From: Klebsormidium nitens
Lineage: Eukaryota > Plantae > Klebsormidiophyceae
Direction of reading: 5' to 3'
Assembly: GCA_000708835.1 (NCBI GenBank)
Contig: DF237011.1
Coordinates: forward strand, 124,001 to 188,000
DNA: 64,000 bases
Part shown: positions 1 through 13,062 of the stretch, one piece after another
Numbering within the stretch: the stretch's first letter is position 1
Layout of the letters: each line of letters starts with the position of its first letter
Translations under genes and position numbers: made by a program
Notes under the pieces: generated by a model
What the model was told of the DNA's origin: nothing
The model's database searches: none
What the model saw: the letters and a program-made list of their open reading frames with translations, nothing else

Positions 1-751
1 ACGGATTTGGAAACGGGTGCATCGTCTTTTCTATTGCGTGAAAGCCTAATAAAATAGTCTTTAGATCTAAGTAAGAAGTTTCGGCCTTTTGGGATTCAGC
101 CTCAAGGGGAAGCGCTTTTCGCCAGGGCTAGGCTCAGCCTATGGTTTAGGTTGATAGTCCAATGTAGGATCTGGTCATGGCCTGGCGAACGGGTGGGGTT
201 ATTTTGGTGGTTAGGGTGGGTAAGGGTGCGGAGCGGGTGTATTTGTCCGTTTTGGGTTTAGGTTTTCAGATTTCATGTCCCCGGAGAATGTTACTATCCT
301 ACCTAGGAACGATCCTACCTAGATTATAGGAAGATCCTGAACAAGAACTTTCTGATTATACCACTGGAAATTGTAATAAGTAGAATTTAGATTGTTTTGT
401 TCTCACTGATTTGTAAGTTAGGTCCTGTCAGCCAGGAAAAATTAGCAACAACCATAATCGGATACATTGACGTCCGTTTCAGATCCCGTTTGCGACCTCT
501 TCACCACTTACAGCCCGGATACATTCGGGCTTAACCGGGCTTGTCCAAGTGCGGCTGAACGACTGCGCTTGTCCTATTGAGAAATCAGGACCGAAACAGG
601 TCGCATGCACAACGGACCTAAAGGCATACAGAACGGAAGGGGAAGTCCCAAATCCGGGAGACATCGTCCCTGGCACGCACTGAGTGCATCCCGAGAGCCT
701 AAAACAGGTGTCTTTCCCCACGAGATTCTCGAACCCAACCACAAGCCAACC

Positions 752-1025
752 TCGGCCTTGACCGCAATGCTGACCTCAGTCTTAACCACGCACTAACCTG
801 CATCTCCAGCTCCTTGTACTTGAACGTGGGCGATCATAACCAAAAGGCACCCTTGGCCTTAACCGCACGCTGACCTCATATTAACCACGCACTAACCTGC
901 ATCTCCAGCTCCTTGTACGTGAAAGTGGGCGATCATAACCAAAAGGCACCCTTGGCCTTAACCGCATGCTGACCTCAATCTTAACCACGCACTAACCTGC
1001 ATCTCCAGCTCCTTGTACTTGAAAC
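752..1025 (-). repeat. Tandem ~100-bp repeat: donor echoes of the TM exon (three copies including the real one)
   Basis: The unit ...aagtacaaggagctggagatgcag|gttagtgcgtgg has donor positions at 997, 897 and 798. Confidence 0.92.
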
Positions 1026-4000
1026 TGGACGCCCCGTGCCGCTGCTGTCGGCGCCGGCAAACATACCACGCCAACGCAGCCAGCCCGACAATCGTGGAAC
1101 CCACCTGGTGACGTCACGAAAACGTCAGCGTCTGGCAAGGCAGCCGTCATCGAACCGTTAGGATGTCTTGAAGCCGCGAAAGGAGAAAGAAAGAGATGAA
1201 AACAAGATTGCGAACGAGCAAGAAAGAAATCCAAGCGAGTGTTCCAACACAGAACCGCCACGAAACAGTTGCACCTGGTGGCGTCACAGAAAAACCGTGA
1301 TCGTCAGTCAAGGCAGCCGTCACTAAATTCTTTATAGCCGTCAGGGGGATGATTTGAAGTAAAACAACGATTTTCTTTCAACCCCCGAGACAGGACCGTC
1401 AGGAGCAGTTAGACCTTCTTATGTCACACACAACGTCAGCGGCTGTCCCGGCAGCCGTCATTGACTCGTCGAAAATCGTCAGGGAGGAAGATAACGGCAT
1501 GCCGATTGTCGAAGCGGAGCCGTCAGGAAACAACTGTTCGGCCATCCAAAAACAGAGAACGAACGGACCAGGATCGGTGAGTGATGCCACGGGCAAAGTC
1601 GCGGTGTTACATTCAGAGAAGCACCGACGTCGCTTTCCCAGCGCACATGTTCATTGCGCCTCCAATCACTCATCTTCACGAGCCCACACTGAGATACACC
1701 CCAACGACTATTCGACCTGACCCGCTGTGAAGAGCTACCTACAATCTTAGTGCAATCACAAACTATCTGTCAAGATTGTAATAGAACCTACTTTTTACAT
1801 TCCGAATCGTTTAAATCCTTACCGCAACCACCGCTGTGCTGCTGAGGCTCGAGCTTGGCAAGTTGTCGGTCCAGTCGGTTTTTCCGAGGGCCGCCCGTGT
1901 GATCTCGAAGTACTCGTCCCCTCCATTCGACTTAATTTGGATCCGCTCCGAGGAGCCTTTGAGCCCCTTCGGATCTAGAACCGTGATGCTTATCTGCACG
2001 GAGAGAAAGGTTAAGGTCCGACTGTGATATAAGTTAACCCAACAGCCAAAAATCGGGAAATCGGAGAACTCGTCCCCTCCGTTCGACTTGATCTGGATTC
2101 GCTCCGAGGAGTCTTTGAGCCCCTTAGGATCCAAAAGCGTGATGGTTATCTGTAGAGGGAAAAAGGTTAAGGTCCGACTGTGATATAAGTCAACCCAACA
2201 GCCAAGCGGGAATCCGGAGAACTCGTCCCCTCCGTTCGACTTGATCTGGATTCGCTCCGAGGAGCTTTTGAGCCCTTACGGATCTAGAACCGTAATGGTT
2301 ATCTGCACGGAGAGAAAGGTTAAAGTCCGACTGTGCAATAAGTTAATCCAACAGCCGAGCGAGGATTCGGAGACCTCGTCCCCTCCATTCGACTTGATCT
2401 GGATTCGCTCCGAGGAGCCTTTGAACCCCTTAGGATTCAGAACCGTGATGCTTATCTGCACGGAGAAAGGGTTAACATCTGACAGTGGATTAACCTAGGG
2501 GCCATGGGTTTGACTAGAGTGAGACTGAACCTGAAGATTCTCCAAGGGCCCCTTCGATCTTTCCAGGTTCAGAACCCTGATGCTTTTCCGTATGGGCATC
2601 GCACTGCAACGGGTGAGGATGCCTCAGAGCTTTTGGGTGTGTTCAAGAGCAAGAGGCGAGAAAATGGTCTCTCGAATGGAGGAGGGCGTATGAGGGAAAG
2701 AGGGGATTCAGGAGACGAAAGAGCCCCGGCCTTCTAAGGAGAGATACGAGGAAAGCATGCATGTGAAAGCAAGAAGAGGGAGACATGTGACAAGGTTGCA
2801 AGCACAACGCTCGTATATTCTCGTCGTGCAAGCATTGACTGGCACTCCTGAGCGCTGGGTACTGATGCAAACTACTCGGCTTCATCATTCTATGCCTGCT
2901 CAAGGACAGTACTTGAAGAAGATGAGAGAGATGTCCTGGGTGTTCATAATCTGCTTCGAAGTATAACAATCTTTGGATCCTTCCTGCCATTCTCTCTCCC
3001 AGGAATGTCTTTGTCCAGTGTGCAGGGGAGATTAAATTGCTTCCTACAAATCCTCTTACGGCCACACAATGCAAACCCTCTCGTTTTGATCAACTTCAAG
3101 TGGACAGCATCAAGCCTTTGTCGTAGTTAAAGACTTGACTTGGTTTCCCAAAGAACAGAATTGCAAACGTGAAAATGTAACAAAAAGCTTACATTCCGCT
3201 CCTCTCCCGCTCCCACCCGAACTGACTCAGGATCCGCTCGTATCCAAGTAGGAGTCGCAATCTTGACCTCCAAGACCCCCCCTCCAGTATTGCTACAGAC
3301 CACCGTAAGCGTCAGCTTCTTTGACGGGTCCCCAAACCCTTCCCAGCTGCTCGTCCGATGCTCCAACTTTGGGGGGTCGTTTTCGCTAGTGATCGACCCC
3401 CCCTCGTCATCATCCCAGTCGCCCCCCCCAGTCGTACTCTCCTCATTCGACCCCCCTGCTGTGCCGTTGGAGCTTCCGCTGTTTGGGCTGGCGTCTGTTC
3501 CGAATTCTTCGTCCTCCTTGACACTAGTGTCCGCTTTCCGTGTGTCCGTCAGGGACTTGTTCCATGTAGTGTCAACGCCTTCGTTTTCATCTTCCCCCAA
3601 ATCCCCCTCCTCTTCTTCCTCCCTCTTCCCAGCCGTTGGTCCGCCAGCGACCGCTAAGCTAGTGTGCCGCTTGACACCAGAATTTGTGACTATTCCAAGT
3701 GCAGGCGCCGTTGCACCGGTGTCAACTTTGCTTCGAGTCGGGGCTGCAGCAGCCTGGCTGACGCCTTTGCTTGATTCCAAGAGGGAACCGTCGTCCTCGT
3801 CTGACCGTTCAGAATCCTCATCTAAGCTCGTGTCTGGAGTCCTATCTGCCTGCACCTTTTCGGTGCTGAGGGGGGATGAAGCGGCACCCCAGTCGGGCCC
3901 CCCAGGAAACTGGCAAAGATAGAAAGGAAATTTAGCCATGAAGAGTCGCTAGCAAACTTGGGGCGGGCTTTGAATGGAACTTTTCATGGAAAAGCACCCT

Positions 4001-4953
4001 CAGTTGCAAGATTGTCTGTGACATGCTGAAACTGTGTTTGGTCACTGAAATAAGATGTAAAACAATGCCTTCTGCAACATGTTTTGCGCACTGGTAATGA
4101 AAGTCAAAGTAGTTCAGCTAGCAACTCTGTATGGAACAACCGCGTCCATTTTTCATGCCAGTAAACAGCAAAGAAAACGCTGTAGATCTGGTCTTGAATG
4201 CGCAGCGCGCCTGATGTCTCACAACTTTCAATGTCCAGCAGACAAGCTCGCCGGGCCTCTTTGACATTTCTAGTTTCTCAAACTAACCAGATTCTATAAA
4301 GACCTCCTTGTACCACCGGATTTGTGGATTCTCTGAGAAAAGCTATTAAAAATTGAATGCCAATGATAGACGTTGGAGACTGGGGCTAACTTAGATACCA
4401 GGGAAAGGAGCGCCTTTCGCAGGAAACCTACTGAAGCAACCTGTCATTTGCAATCTTTGAACACCACCAAATGAAAAGGTGGAGAGAGAACTTTAATCAA
4501 AACTGCCACTTTACATTGAAAAACAGAGCACGACAACCCAGGAACCGGGAAGGGTCACAAAAAGACACAAGCATCAAACACAGTATTCAGGCCTAAAAAC
4601 AATGAGACCACAAGCACCGGAAGGAGAGAAACTTTTTGGAACTTGTTTGGAAAAGTGAAGATCTGGTGAAAGACCAAGATTGATCAAAATGCCCGCTAAT
4701 TTTGCGGAAGGTGGTGAAGCATCTGTCAATTGAAGACAACAAATTTCAGAGAACGTACCAGGCCTTCTGCTTCTTGTGGCGCTGCAGCTTGTTCTTCACT
4801 TAATAGCAATCTGCCTTTCAAGTGAGACCCCCTTGAAACTGCACTGTCAACCCAAGATCCAACTTCACCTTTGAAGCTAGAACCTACCAACCCCAAGAGA
4901 AGAAGCGCAACAAACCCCGAAATTGCACTCCGGTGGAACCTTCTGGATATCAT
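997..4953 (-). CDS. Type-I membrane protein: signal peptide, acidic S/T/G-rich stalk, Ig-like beta domain, TM helix, basic tail. Resembles the plant At3g51580/At1g64385 (DUF7356-like) family. 3' end not found, probably outside the window.
   Basis: Phase-0 GT-AG exons 4953-4759 (MISRRFHRSAISGFVALLLLGLVGSS...), 3909-3193 (acidic stalk, ...VLEVKIATPTWIRADPESVRVGAGEERN), 1993-1823 (ISITVLDPKG...SSTAVVA) and 1104-997 (VGSTIVGLAALAWYVCRRRQQRHGASSFKYKELEMQ). The family call is from remembered motif similarity (TM-RR-x-YxELEM). Confidence 0.7.
1090..1470 (-). repeat. Degenerate acceptor echoes of the TM exon
   Basis: The plus-strand motif cacctggtg(a/g)cgtcac...aaggcagccgtca recurs with junctions at about 1104, 1274 and 1424. 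Confidence 0.7.
1913..2490 (-). repeat. Tandem 153-156-bp repeat: acceptor + 5' half of exon 3 (four copies)
   Basis: Acceptors at 1993, 2149, 2302 and 2455. Each is followed by an ISITVLDPKGLKGSSERIQIKSNGGDE-like sequence. Confidence 0.95.
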
Positions 4954-5949
4954 TGCTTGGGATCTGCCTACTGCACAGCAGGACTTGGTAACACCAGCTA
5001 AAATGCCCCCAGAGCCAGTTCCAACGAGACTCTACTTTTCCAACTTGTTGTCAAGCCCTGGATCTCCCCTTAAATTTCTCAGCTCATCACCAGGCTTGAT
5101 ACTCACGCTCGAGCAAGCCTGCAAAGACTCTTCCTGAAGGAGAGTTTGAAAATCCTCACAAATATTGGAAACTTCGTGTTCTTGCGCATTCACTGAATCA
5201 GGCTTTCTTCCTCCGCTTCAGCCTTCATGTTCAACCTTCATGCAGACTCGGTTACTGTTACAGTAGTGTCAGCCTGTTCAGGCTGCCTCGAATCTTGCTA
5301 GAGTAGAAGTATAGAAGTTAAAACTTCCTCGTCCTGGTCCTCGTCTTGAAGTTGAAGATGCATTTGAAAGTGATTTTCTTTCCGGTCTGTCTGCGTCACC
5401 ATGACATTGCCCGGCGCAAATTTGTAAAATCGTAGCCGTTCGTTGTTGCGATCTGCTCTCTCTGAGGCGTTGAATGGACCTCTTCACATTTTCCCGGGTG
5501 TCTACAAGACGCCCGCATTACCCGCTAGGAGTTCGCTAGTCTCGCTATCCTCGATTACAGTACAGGGAGCTCTCTGGAGTCTGTACCCTCTGTGAGTCTC
5601 TGTTGAGTCTGTACGTACCTACATAGCGCAGCTAGCTCAGGTTCAAGCTCTTCTAAACGTTGCAGGAGGCGCCTGATCTGTGATCAATTCCACACCACGT
5701 TTTCCAAATGTTGGTCCAACCCTGTGCTTAAAGGCAGGTCTCCTATATAGAATGGTTGGCGCAGCATTGCTCAGGGCTTTGAACGCTAACAGTGCTGCAA
5801 ATTTGGGGAGGCTTTCATCATCTGTTTCTATCAAAGGGGCAGGCTTTCAGTGCCACCCCCTCTTCTTCGAAAGAAACCCTCCCTTGGCGTCCAAGAAGCG
5901 TCAATTGGGACCACCAAGCATCCGACTTTACACTGTCCAAGCTGCCGCT
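4954..5949. promoter_or_regulatory. Divergent intergenic region (membrane protein / CCR-like)
   Basis: Inferred from head-to-head start codons only. Confidence 0.5.
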
Positions 5950-8900
5950 ATGGCTGAGGGAAAGATGGTTGCAGTAACAGGTAAGTTTTGGGGCCAGCAA
6001 GCTTGCACCAGAGCCCTAGCAGATTGATGAGGTGCTTGATCACCAAGTCAGGCATTGGGCCCTCTCACTAGGTTTTGGAACTGTAGATGACATGGAAGGG
6101 AGATGATGTCAAAAATTGTTGCTGACAAGAGCTGTCAGTGTGAGCGAGAACACCAAAATTAAGAACATCACACCAAATACTTTATGAACAGCCAGACCTT
6201 TTTTTAAGTCAATATGTGCTTAGAAAGAGTCACTGCCTGGATTACATTGATCCAGCCCGTCAAAGATACTCTCTTAGAGTCTGACCTTTTTGGCAATATC
6301 CAAGTCACATCATCGTTCCAATTGAAGGAGCCCAAGTTTCTCCACCATCTTACTGTGGATTCTTGGATTTGAAGCAGTCCCTAGAGCAGGTCGTCAAAGA
6401 TCCAGTTGCTCAATCGGTCAGTCCGTTGCTTGATCCGGGACGAGTTAGTCAACTCTCTTCTAACCAGTCACTTGACCCCCACTTAACCCTTTTCTTAACC
6501 TGCAGGGGCAAGCGGGTATATTGGAGCCTGGCTAGTGAAGCTCTTGCTTGAGAAGGGTTACACTGTGAGGGCGACCGTTCGCAATCCGAGTAAGTGCAGT
6601 CCGCTTGCATGTCAATCAAAAGATCAGGGCTCTACCTGGCAAGAGAGCCTATTCTGATCTTGAACAGTTATACACTTTCCTTCCCGTTGATCAAATGTAT
6701 GAGAGAATGCATTCTCTTTATATACCTTCTATGAGACAAAAAGCATATGAAAGTCGCGTCTTCCACTACTTTCCTCTTGTGGCGGAAGACAACCTTCAGG
6801 ACAAGTGATGTTACCTTCAAGAATATCACCATCTTCTGTGAACGTGGATTGGGTCAGACTGCCAAGGCCAGAGTGATCTGGAGTTGAGCCTGTCTCAAAG
6901 ATTTGCTGTTCAGCTCCACTCTCCCTTCTCTGTTGGTCTGGTCTGCTTTCAAGGTCTCTCCATTGCAGTGTTCAATGTTTGTTACATTTAAGCAATCCCC
7001 GCACTGAATCCTCCGAGGGAAAACTACAATTGTCCCATCCAAGACCAGGTTCACATCCTCAGAGTCGTTTTGGTTCAATACTTGCATGGATCAGCTCGCA
7101 TTGGTCATACTTGACATTGAAACCGCGGCACAGCTACAATTGCGCATGCCACTATCGACTCGAGCTTCAACAGTAGAGCCGACGCTTCGACAGTCATCAT
7201 TGACGAAGTGTAGTTAACCGCAGCCGTAAACCCTTCCCTGCCTGTAAACCCTTCCCTGACAGACGCCCAAGGATGGTCCACTTGCCAGCGGTTGCGCAAT
7301 CTTTGAGCTCCATCAGAAGGAGCCCCTGAATCACTCGATTCGCCCTTTTGTACTTTGAGAAACCCACTGCCTAACCCAGCCTTACCCCATCTTCACGCTG
7401 TGTACAGATGACGGCTCAGTTGCGGTCACTAGCGCATGCAGACACAAATTTGAGCTTCCAGAGACAGCCCTGTACGGCCATCCTGCACGAGTGAATGACT
7501 TGCATATCAACTCACCCTCAAACCCCTTTCCAAATGACGCCCAAAAGACAGTCCCTCTGGAATCAGTCTCCCATGCACACAGGGACCTGAGCGTGCTTAA
7601 GGCAGTCCTCTCTGTTGTAACTACCCCCTGCTTAACCCACCCTTGACCACATTCTTGACCGTTCTCAAAGATTCCCAAGGCCGGCGCAAATGTCAACTTC
7701 CAGAAAGCAAAGCTTCTTTCAGTACAAGTACTCCCTATGGAACCCACTCTAAACCCTTTCTTGACCCAATCATTGACCCTTCTTCCAGATGACACACAGA
7801 AGACGGCTCACCTCCGGTCTCTCCCAAATGCCGAAACGAACCTGAGCTTCCACAAAGCTGAGCTCCTCGATGAAGGCGCATTTGGCGAGGTTTTTGAGGG
7901 GGTGGATGGCGTTTTCCACATGGCATCGCCATTCCCGATGGCCGCTCCTGAAGACCCTGAAGCCGATCTGATCGCGCCAGCTGTCAAGGGAGCGGAAAGT
8001 GCGATCAAGGCGGCAGCAGGAACAAAGAAGCCGATCAAGCGAGTGGTGCTGACGTCAAGCACTGCGGCCGTGCGAATCAAGCAGGTAAGGGGATGCTGAT
8101 TCGTATCCGGACTTTCCATTGTTTTGTCGGGTCGAGTTCATTATGGCAGTAATATCCAAAACTAGGAACCAATTTGTTGTATCAGCAACGGACACTCGCG
8201 TCGGGAGTTCGAATCTGTTTCCTTTCTTATGAAGGACAATTCTAGGTAGGTTGACATCGACAGGCTCTTTGTCAAATCTAACAAACTGTCGGATTTGCAT
8301 CTTGTTGTTGCTGAGCCTTTTATGGATGCATTCCGGCTGTCGTTCAACAGCTGCAGGTTAAACATGTCCTTGCAGTGAAGGCTTGTCAATGTGTTCGAAA
8401 CTCAACCTTTTGAGAGTCGTGAATAAGAACCGGGTTATGAGGTGGTCCAGTCAGACGAAACCCAACCTGCTCAGTCCACGCGCGCTTGTTGATGTCAGCT
8501 GACGTCAGCTCGCTCCTTGCTGACGTCTGCCCGCTCCTTGCTTGACGTCAGCCCGCCCCTTGCTGACGTCAGTCGGCGGGTTACCTATGTGCAGATTGCG
8601 CCGGGCAAGGCATTTGAGGAAGACGACTGGAGCGACGAAGAGAGGATGCGCAACTTCAAGATCTGGTACCCTGTGAGTACATGCTTCTTGATTGCATGTT
8701 GATGAGAAGCATGATAGCTTATCCTTGTTCTTTCGGGGAAACTTAATCCTGAAATTGGCACGTTCGGAACCTGTTCCCATCTAAAACCCCACGTCAACCA
8801 TACTCGTTGCCAAAAACCTTCTTTAGTGATTACGATATTAAGAGCATTGTAAGTACTCCTTTCTGTAAGTATTCCTTCCTGAGTTAAAAGAAACTTGACT

Positions 8901-10954
8901 GCGGCAAACATGCTCAGTCTCAAGTGAAGGAGCCACGATTGTTTAACCCTGTAGCGACCCGCATCCCTAGGACTCTACTTGACCATGGCGAACCACTACA
9001 CATTATCCCCCTTTTCCAGTGACTGTTTTATCAAGCTCTCTTGATAGAAAGCGGTCTTTTTAGTGTGTTCCATTTTCGTTTTACATACCTTTGGCTTGAA
9101 AGTTCTATAAGGACCACTTTCCAGTCGAATCTAGTTAGAAAGGCTTTCTTGACGAGGGGGGAGGGTCTTTATTGGACATGCTGATTATCTCCTGAAAGAG
9201 CACGATTCTTGTGTAGTAGCGACCCGCATCCTAGGACTCTACTTCGAATCTGCTGGATGACGAACATTTGGGAACATTGCGTCTCTAAGCTCGTCTCTTT
9301 CACCATTGGTTCTTTTGGGGTTTTGCCAGGGTCTTGGATCTGACGTCGACTGGATTCTGTCGCAGTTGTCGAAGACGCTAGCCGAGAAGCGTGCGTGGGA
9401 GCTCGCAAAGGAGTTGAACGTCGACCTCGTTACGGTTAACCCGAGCATGGTTACCGGGCCCATCATTCAGGTAAGCCCTGGCTTACGTTGGAACTTGATT
9501 TCCGTCGCTGTAGGTTCACGTTAGAAAGCACACTGAGACGATGACTGCTTCTTTCCCTTTCCTTTTTGAAGCTGTCAACTGACACGAGGGGCGGTGCTTC
9601 GAGCACTTCGACCGCGGCTCATAAGCACGCGCTGAGTGTGGCCAGTGGCTCCAGGATTGCGTCCCTCAAATCACAGCAGCGAATCGAGCGGAGCACCGCC
9701 GTCCAGAGTGTCATCCCTGGCTCGTGCGACCGGTTCCGTTTTCGTTACTTCCCGTGTACAACGTTACTTCCCTTGCAACTCCTTCTCGCCGCTACCCCTG
9801 GATTTCAATAGTAAGGAGCTCATCAAGTGCCTCGACGACCTGCTTTTAACCTGCTCTCCCATTTTGCAGCCGTCCCTCAACACCAGCAGCAACGAACTTC
9901 TCAAGTATCTCGACGGCTCCGTCAAAGCGTACCCCAACTCGTGCATGGTGTGGGTCGACGTCCGCGACGTGGCCCTCGCGCACCTCATAGCGTATGAGCA
10001 CCCGGACGCCGCCGGGCGCTTATTCGCGGCGCCGCACGAGATCTCGTACAAGGAGCTGACGGACTTTCTGGCTAAGGAATATCCCAACGCGCCCGTCCCG
10101 AGAGTGTGAGTCTTGTAGTTTCACCTCCTGACAAAGTATTCGATAATGAAATACGAGGTTTGGTTGGCTATACCAATGAAGAATAAAGACCTAGCTTGTT
10201 GCTCAAGGCAATTAGATCTACGAGATCTTGTCGGACTCTGTTTCGCCTTCACAAGCTGGCGAAAGAGAAACGCATTCTCCGTGGGTTTGCAGTGGCAGCG
10301 GGTGATTGCATTTTCCGTGGGTGCAACCTGGAAAGTGCAGCTCAACCCACGGAAAGAGCAGTTCTTTATTCTTTCTGCCACTGCCACTGCAATCCTCTCT
10401 TACCAAGATATTCTTCGCCCGGTTCAAGATCTATCCTAACGTTTCGGGAACTTGCCTACGAAGGGCTCTCGTGCGCATCAAGAGATGAACCTCTACGCTG
10501 AGAGACTGAGGCGTTTCTCTGTGCCCGACTACTCGAAGAGATTTGACTGGCTCCTTTTACGAGGTTATGCTGGTCTTGCTCACATTTTTTGTGGCTACCA
10601 TCTTCCCGAAATCGTCAAACCAGCCCATCGCTTGTAGTGTCATCCTGGATAACGTAATCTATGGAGGGCACACCAAGGTTGAGTTGCTGTTCCGCGGTAC
10701 CCTACCTGAAAAAGCGAACTTACCTCCTCTCTCCGCTGAGATGGAAAGTACTTCTCTCAAGCCCCCATAAAACTGCGAATACTTCCCCGTGCAGTTGTGC
10801 CGACCCTGAGGGCGAGAAAAACAATCCCCCGCCGCGCAACCCGTGTTCTGTTGTGAAGTTGGAGAAGCTGGGGCTTCAGTTCCGCCCCGTTTGGCAGTCC
10901 TTCCACGAGACGCTCGAGAGCCTCAAGGAAAAGGGCCTCTACACTCCGGCTTAA
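5950..10954 (+). CDS. Cinnamoyl-CoA reductase / dihydroflavonol-reductase-like NAD(P)-dependent extended SDR, 329 aa
   Basis: Exons 5950-5980, 6506-6589, 7789-8084, 8595-8672, 9366-9470, 9870-10105 and 10795-10954 join in frame (990 nt). Motifs: [11 protein letters not shown] (Rossmann), [29 protein letters not shown] (YxxxK), [10 protein letters not shown]. Confidence 0.93.
8490..8573 (+). repeat. Four ~21-nt branch-point-like units (tgacgtcagc-cgctccttgc) just upstream of an acceptor
   Basis: Read directly from the sequence. They end about 20 nt before the AG at 8593-8594. Confidence 0.85.
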
Positions 10955-11873
10955 AATACACAATCCTGCTCGGGCGCGAGCTGAGTGTGTGTTCGTTGGA
11001 TCGTTGTGTGGCAGATTAAGTCGTCCTGTTGTCAAGTACAGTTTGTGACACCGTTAAATTTTTGGAGAGTCAGTCAGTAAACATATCGACTGCCAAGTCG
11101 TCATTGTTTGTTCTTAAACGTACTCGCTCTGCGGACCATGGCAAACACACTAGAGCTGAGTCCGTGTTGTAACGGTTGAGAGAAAAGGACGTTTTTGCAT
11201 ACCGCGTAATACTAACGGATTTTAGTGACACGTCTGTGGGTTGGAAACGGCACGGCCGCTTTGCCGGCGGGCATGGGCCGGTTGCTTTGAGCAAGCATGT
11301 TGTTTCTTAGCTAAGTTTGATTGAAGACTTACATTGACAATTGTCAAAACCATTCTAAGACCAGTAACTAATGATATACTAATCTCTCTGATTGCCAGCA
11401 CTCCGACCTCCAAACGCTTAACCGTCCAGCCCGGCCTATGAGTCACCTACCAACCGAGCCTTAATTGTAAATTGGTCAGAAGGGGTCGGATACATTTTAA
11501 CAATTGCCGCATTGACATGCTAAGATTATGCGGTCCATCACGCGATCTTTTAATCTGGATTGACACTCGTTGGTTACGCAGAGCGGCACTTGAAGCTCAT
11601 TCGTAAGTTCGTCTTTGCCAAGCAGATACTTGATCGAGTACACGTGATTTCGCGACAGCCCAATTGGGCCTGCATATACAAACGAGTCCGCGGTCGGAAG
11701 TTGACATGGACTAAACTGTTCAGCTAAACCGGACTACCGCGCAGCTCGGATTGATTACATACGCTCATCCAACGGCCAATAAGTTCGGTATCCAACTTAG
11801 CTCTGAGTCTCACCACCGTAATAGTATTTGCAGTTGCATATTGCATGAACTGCAGTGCGCCGTCGCGGACTTT

Positions 11874-11992
11874 CAACTTCGATATGGATCTGCATCATGA
11901 AATGATCACATGATCGCGATCTTGGCGGCGCTGAATTCAGGATTGTTGTACGTCATGTGGCGGCAGCTTGCCCATGTTCCATATCAAAGTTG
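11874..11992. repeat. 119-bp element bounded by 15-bp inverted repeats (possible mini-MITE)
   Basis: caacttcgatatgga ... tccatatcaaagttg, 14/15 match. No clear target-site duplication. Confidence 0.4.
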
Positions 11993-13062
11993 TACCTACA
12001 TAATTTGTACGCTGATCACCTTATACCGGATCCTCGCGCCCGGGCCGCGGCACCTTTAATATAGGCACAGCTGTTCAACAATTAAGCTATAGCTCACAAA
12101 TCGCTTGAGGTATCTTTCGACGAGACCGCGATATATTGCTTGTATAAGAGGCCGGAGACGGACACTATATCACGACGGTCATGCACTGAGTTGATCAGTT
12201 GAAGGCTGCGCGGCTCATGGCCGGGCCGGGCTAAACGTAGATATACATACCCCGGGCCCATGCACCACCGCGTGTGTTGGATGTACGCAAGCGCCTGACT
12301 TACGGATGCTGCGTGATCGAGTTCCGCGCGCGCAGTCAGCCTGCTAATGGACTCGAACATCTTCATGTGGCCTAGTAACTTAATAAATTTTTCAAGGATG
12401 CGTTTATCCAGCTAGCCTGTCAACTTCAGTGCGTGCCTTAACGAGTGATCAAAAGCGAGCTTTGCACCTAGAGAAATGCATTGAATGTGTCAGTGTGTGG
12501 TGCATGATTGACTGGTCGCGGGTCGCTGACCGTCGACAGTGCAGGCTTTGAGTGTAAGAGTTTCAGCTTCAAGCATGTATGGACAAAGAGGTTCTTTGTC
12601 AACACATGCGCGGCCTTTCAAAGTGATCATGTTCTATCTCCGACGTTTCAGTCTGTGCTGGCCGCCTTGCAAAGTGAAGCAGTTTCCTACTTATCGCACG
12701 ACTATGTCTTTCCAATACCTGCCCTAAACTCAAGATACGACCATTGAAAGACCTTTGAGGAATACGAACTGACCGATCGAACCAAAGGTCTTGCTTTCGC
12801 AGAGTAAGGGCAACTGAAAAATACCTCACTACAAGGGTTTGAGGTCGTTTCGAGGAAACGTAGCTACTTCTAGCCTCGACAACTCAGTACTCTTTTCAAC
12901 AACAAAAAGATGTAAACCGTAACGTACCCCCAAAGAGAGGTTGCATCTTATACCTACTTAAGCCGCCCGCCTCGGATTTTGCAGCCTCAACAAATCATGG
13001 TCGTTTGGACCATGGGTGAAATTATCTCGTTACCCCCCATAAAAAGGACTTGCGTCTTAAAC

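Noticed and set aside
997-1104. Receptor-like kinase, suggested by the FKYKELE motif after the TM helix
   Set aside because: No kinase exons are visible, and the ectodomain and tail fit the At3g51580/At1g64385-type family better. It cannot be fully excluded because the 3' end is missing.
3263-3922. 219-aa plus-strand Ser/Pro-rich ORF
   Set aside because: It is the antisense shadow of the acidic exon 3909-3193.
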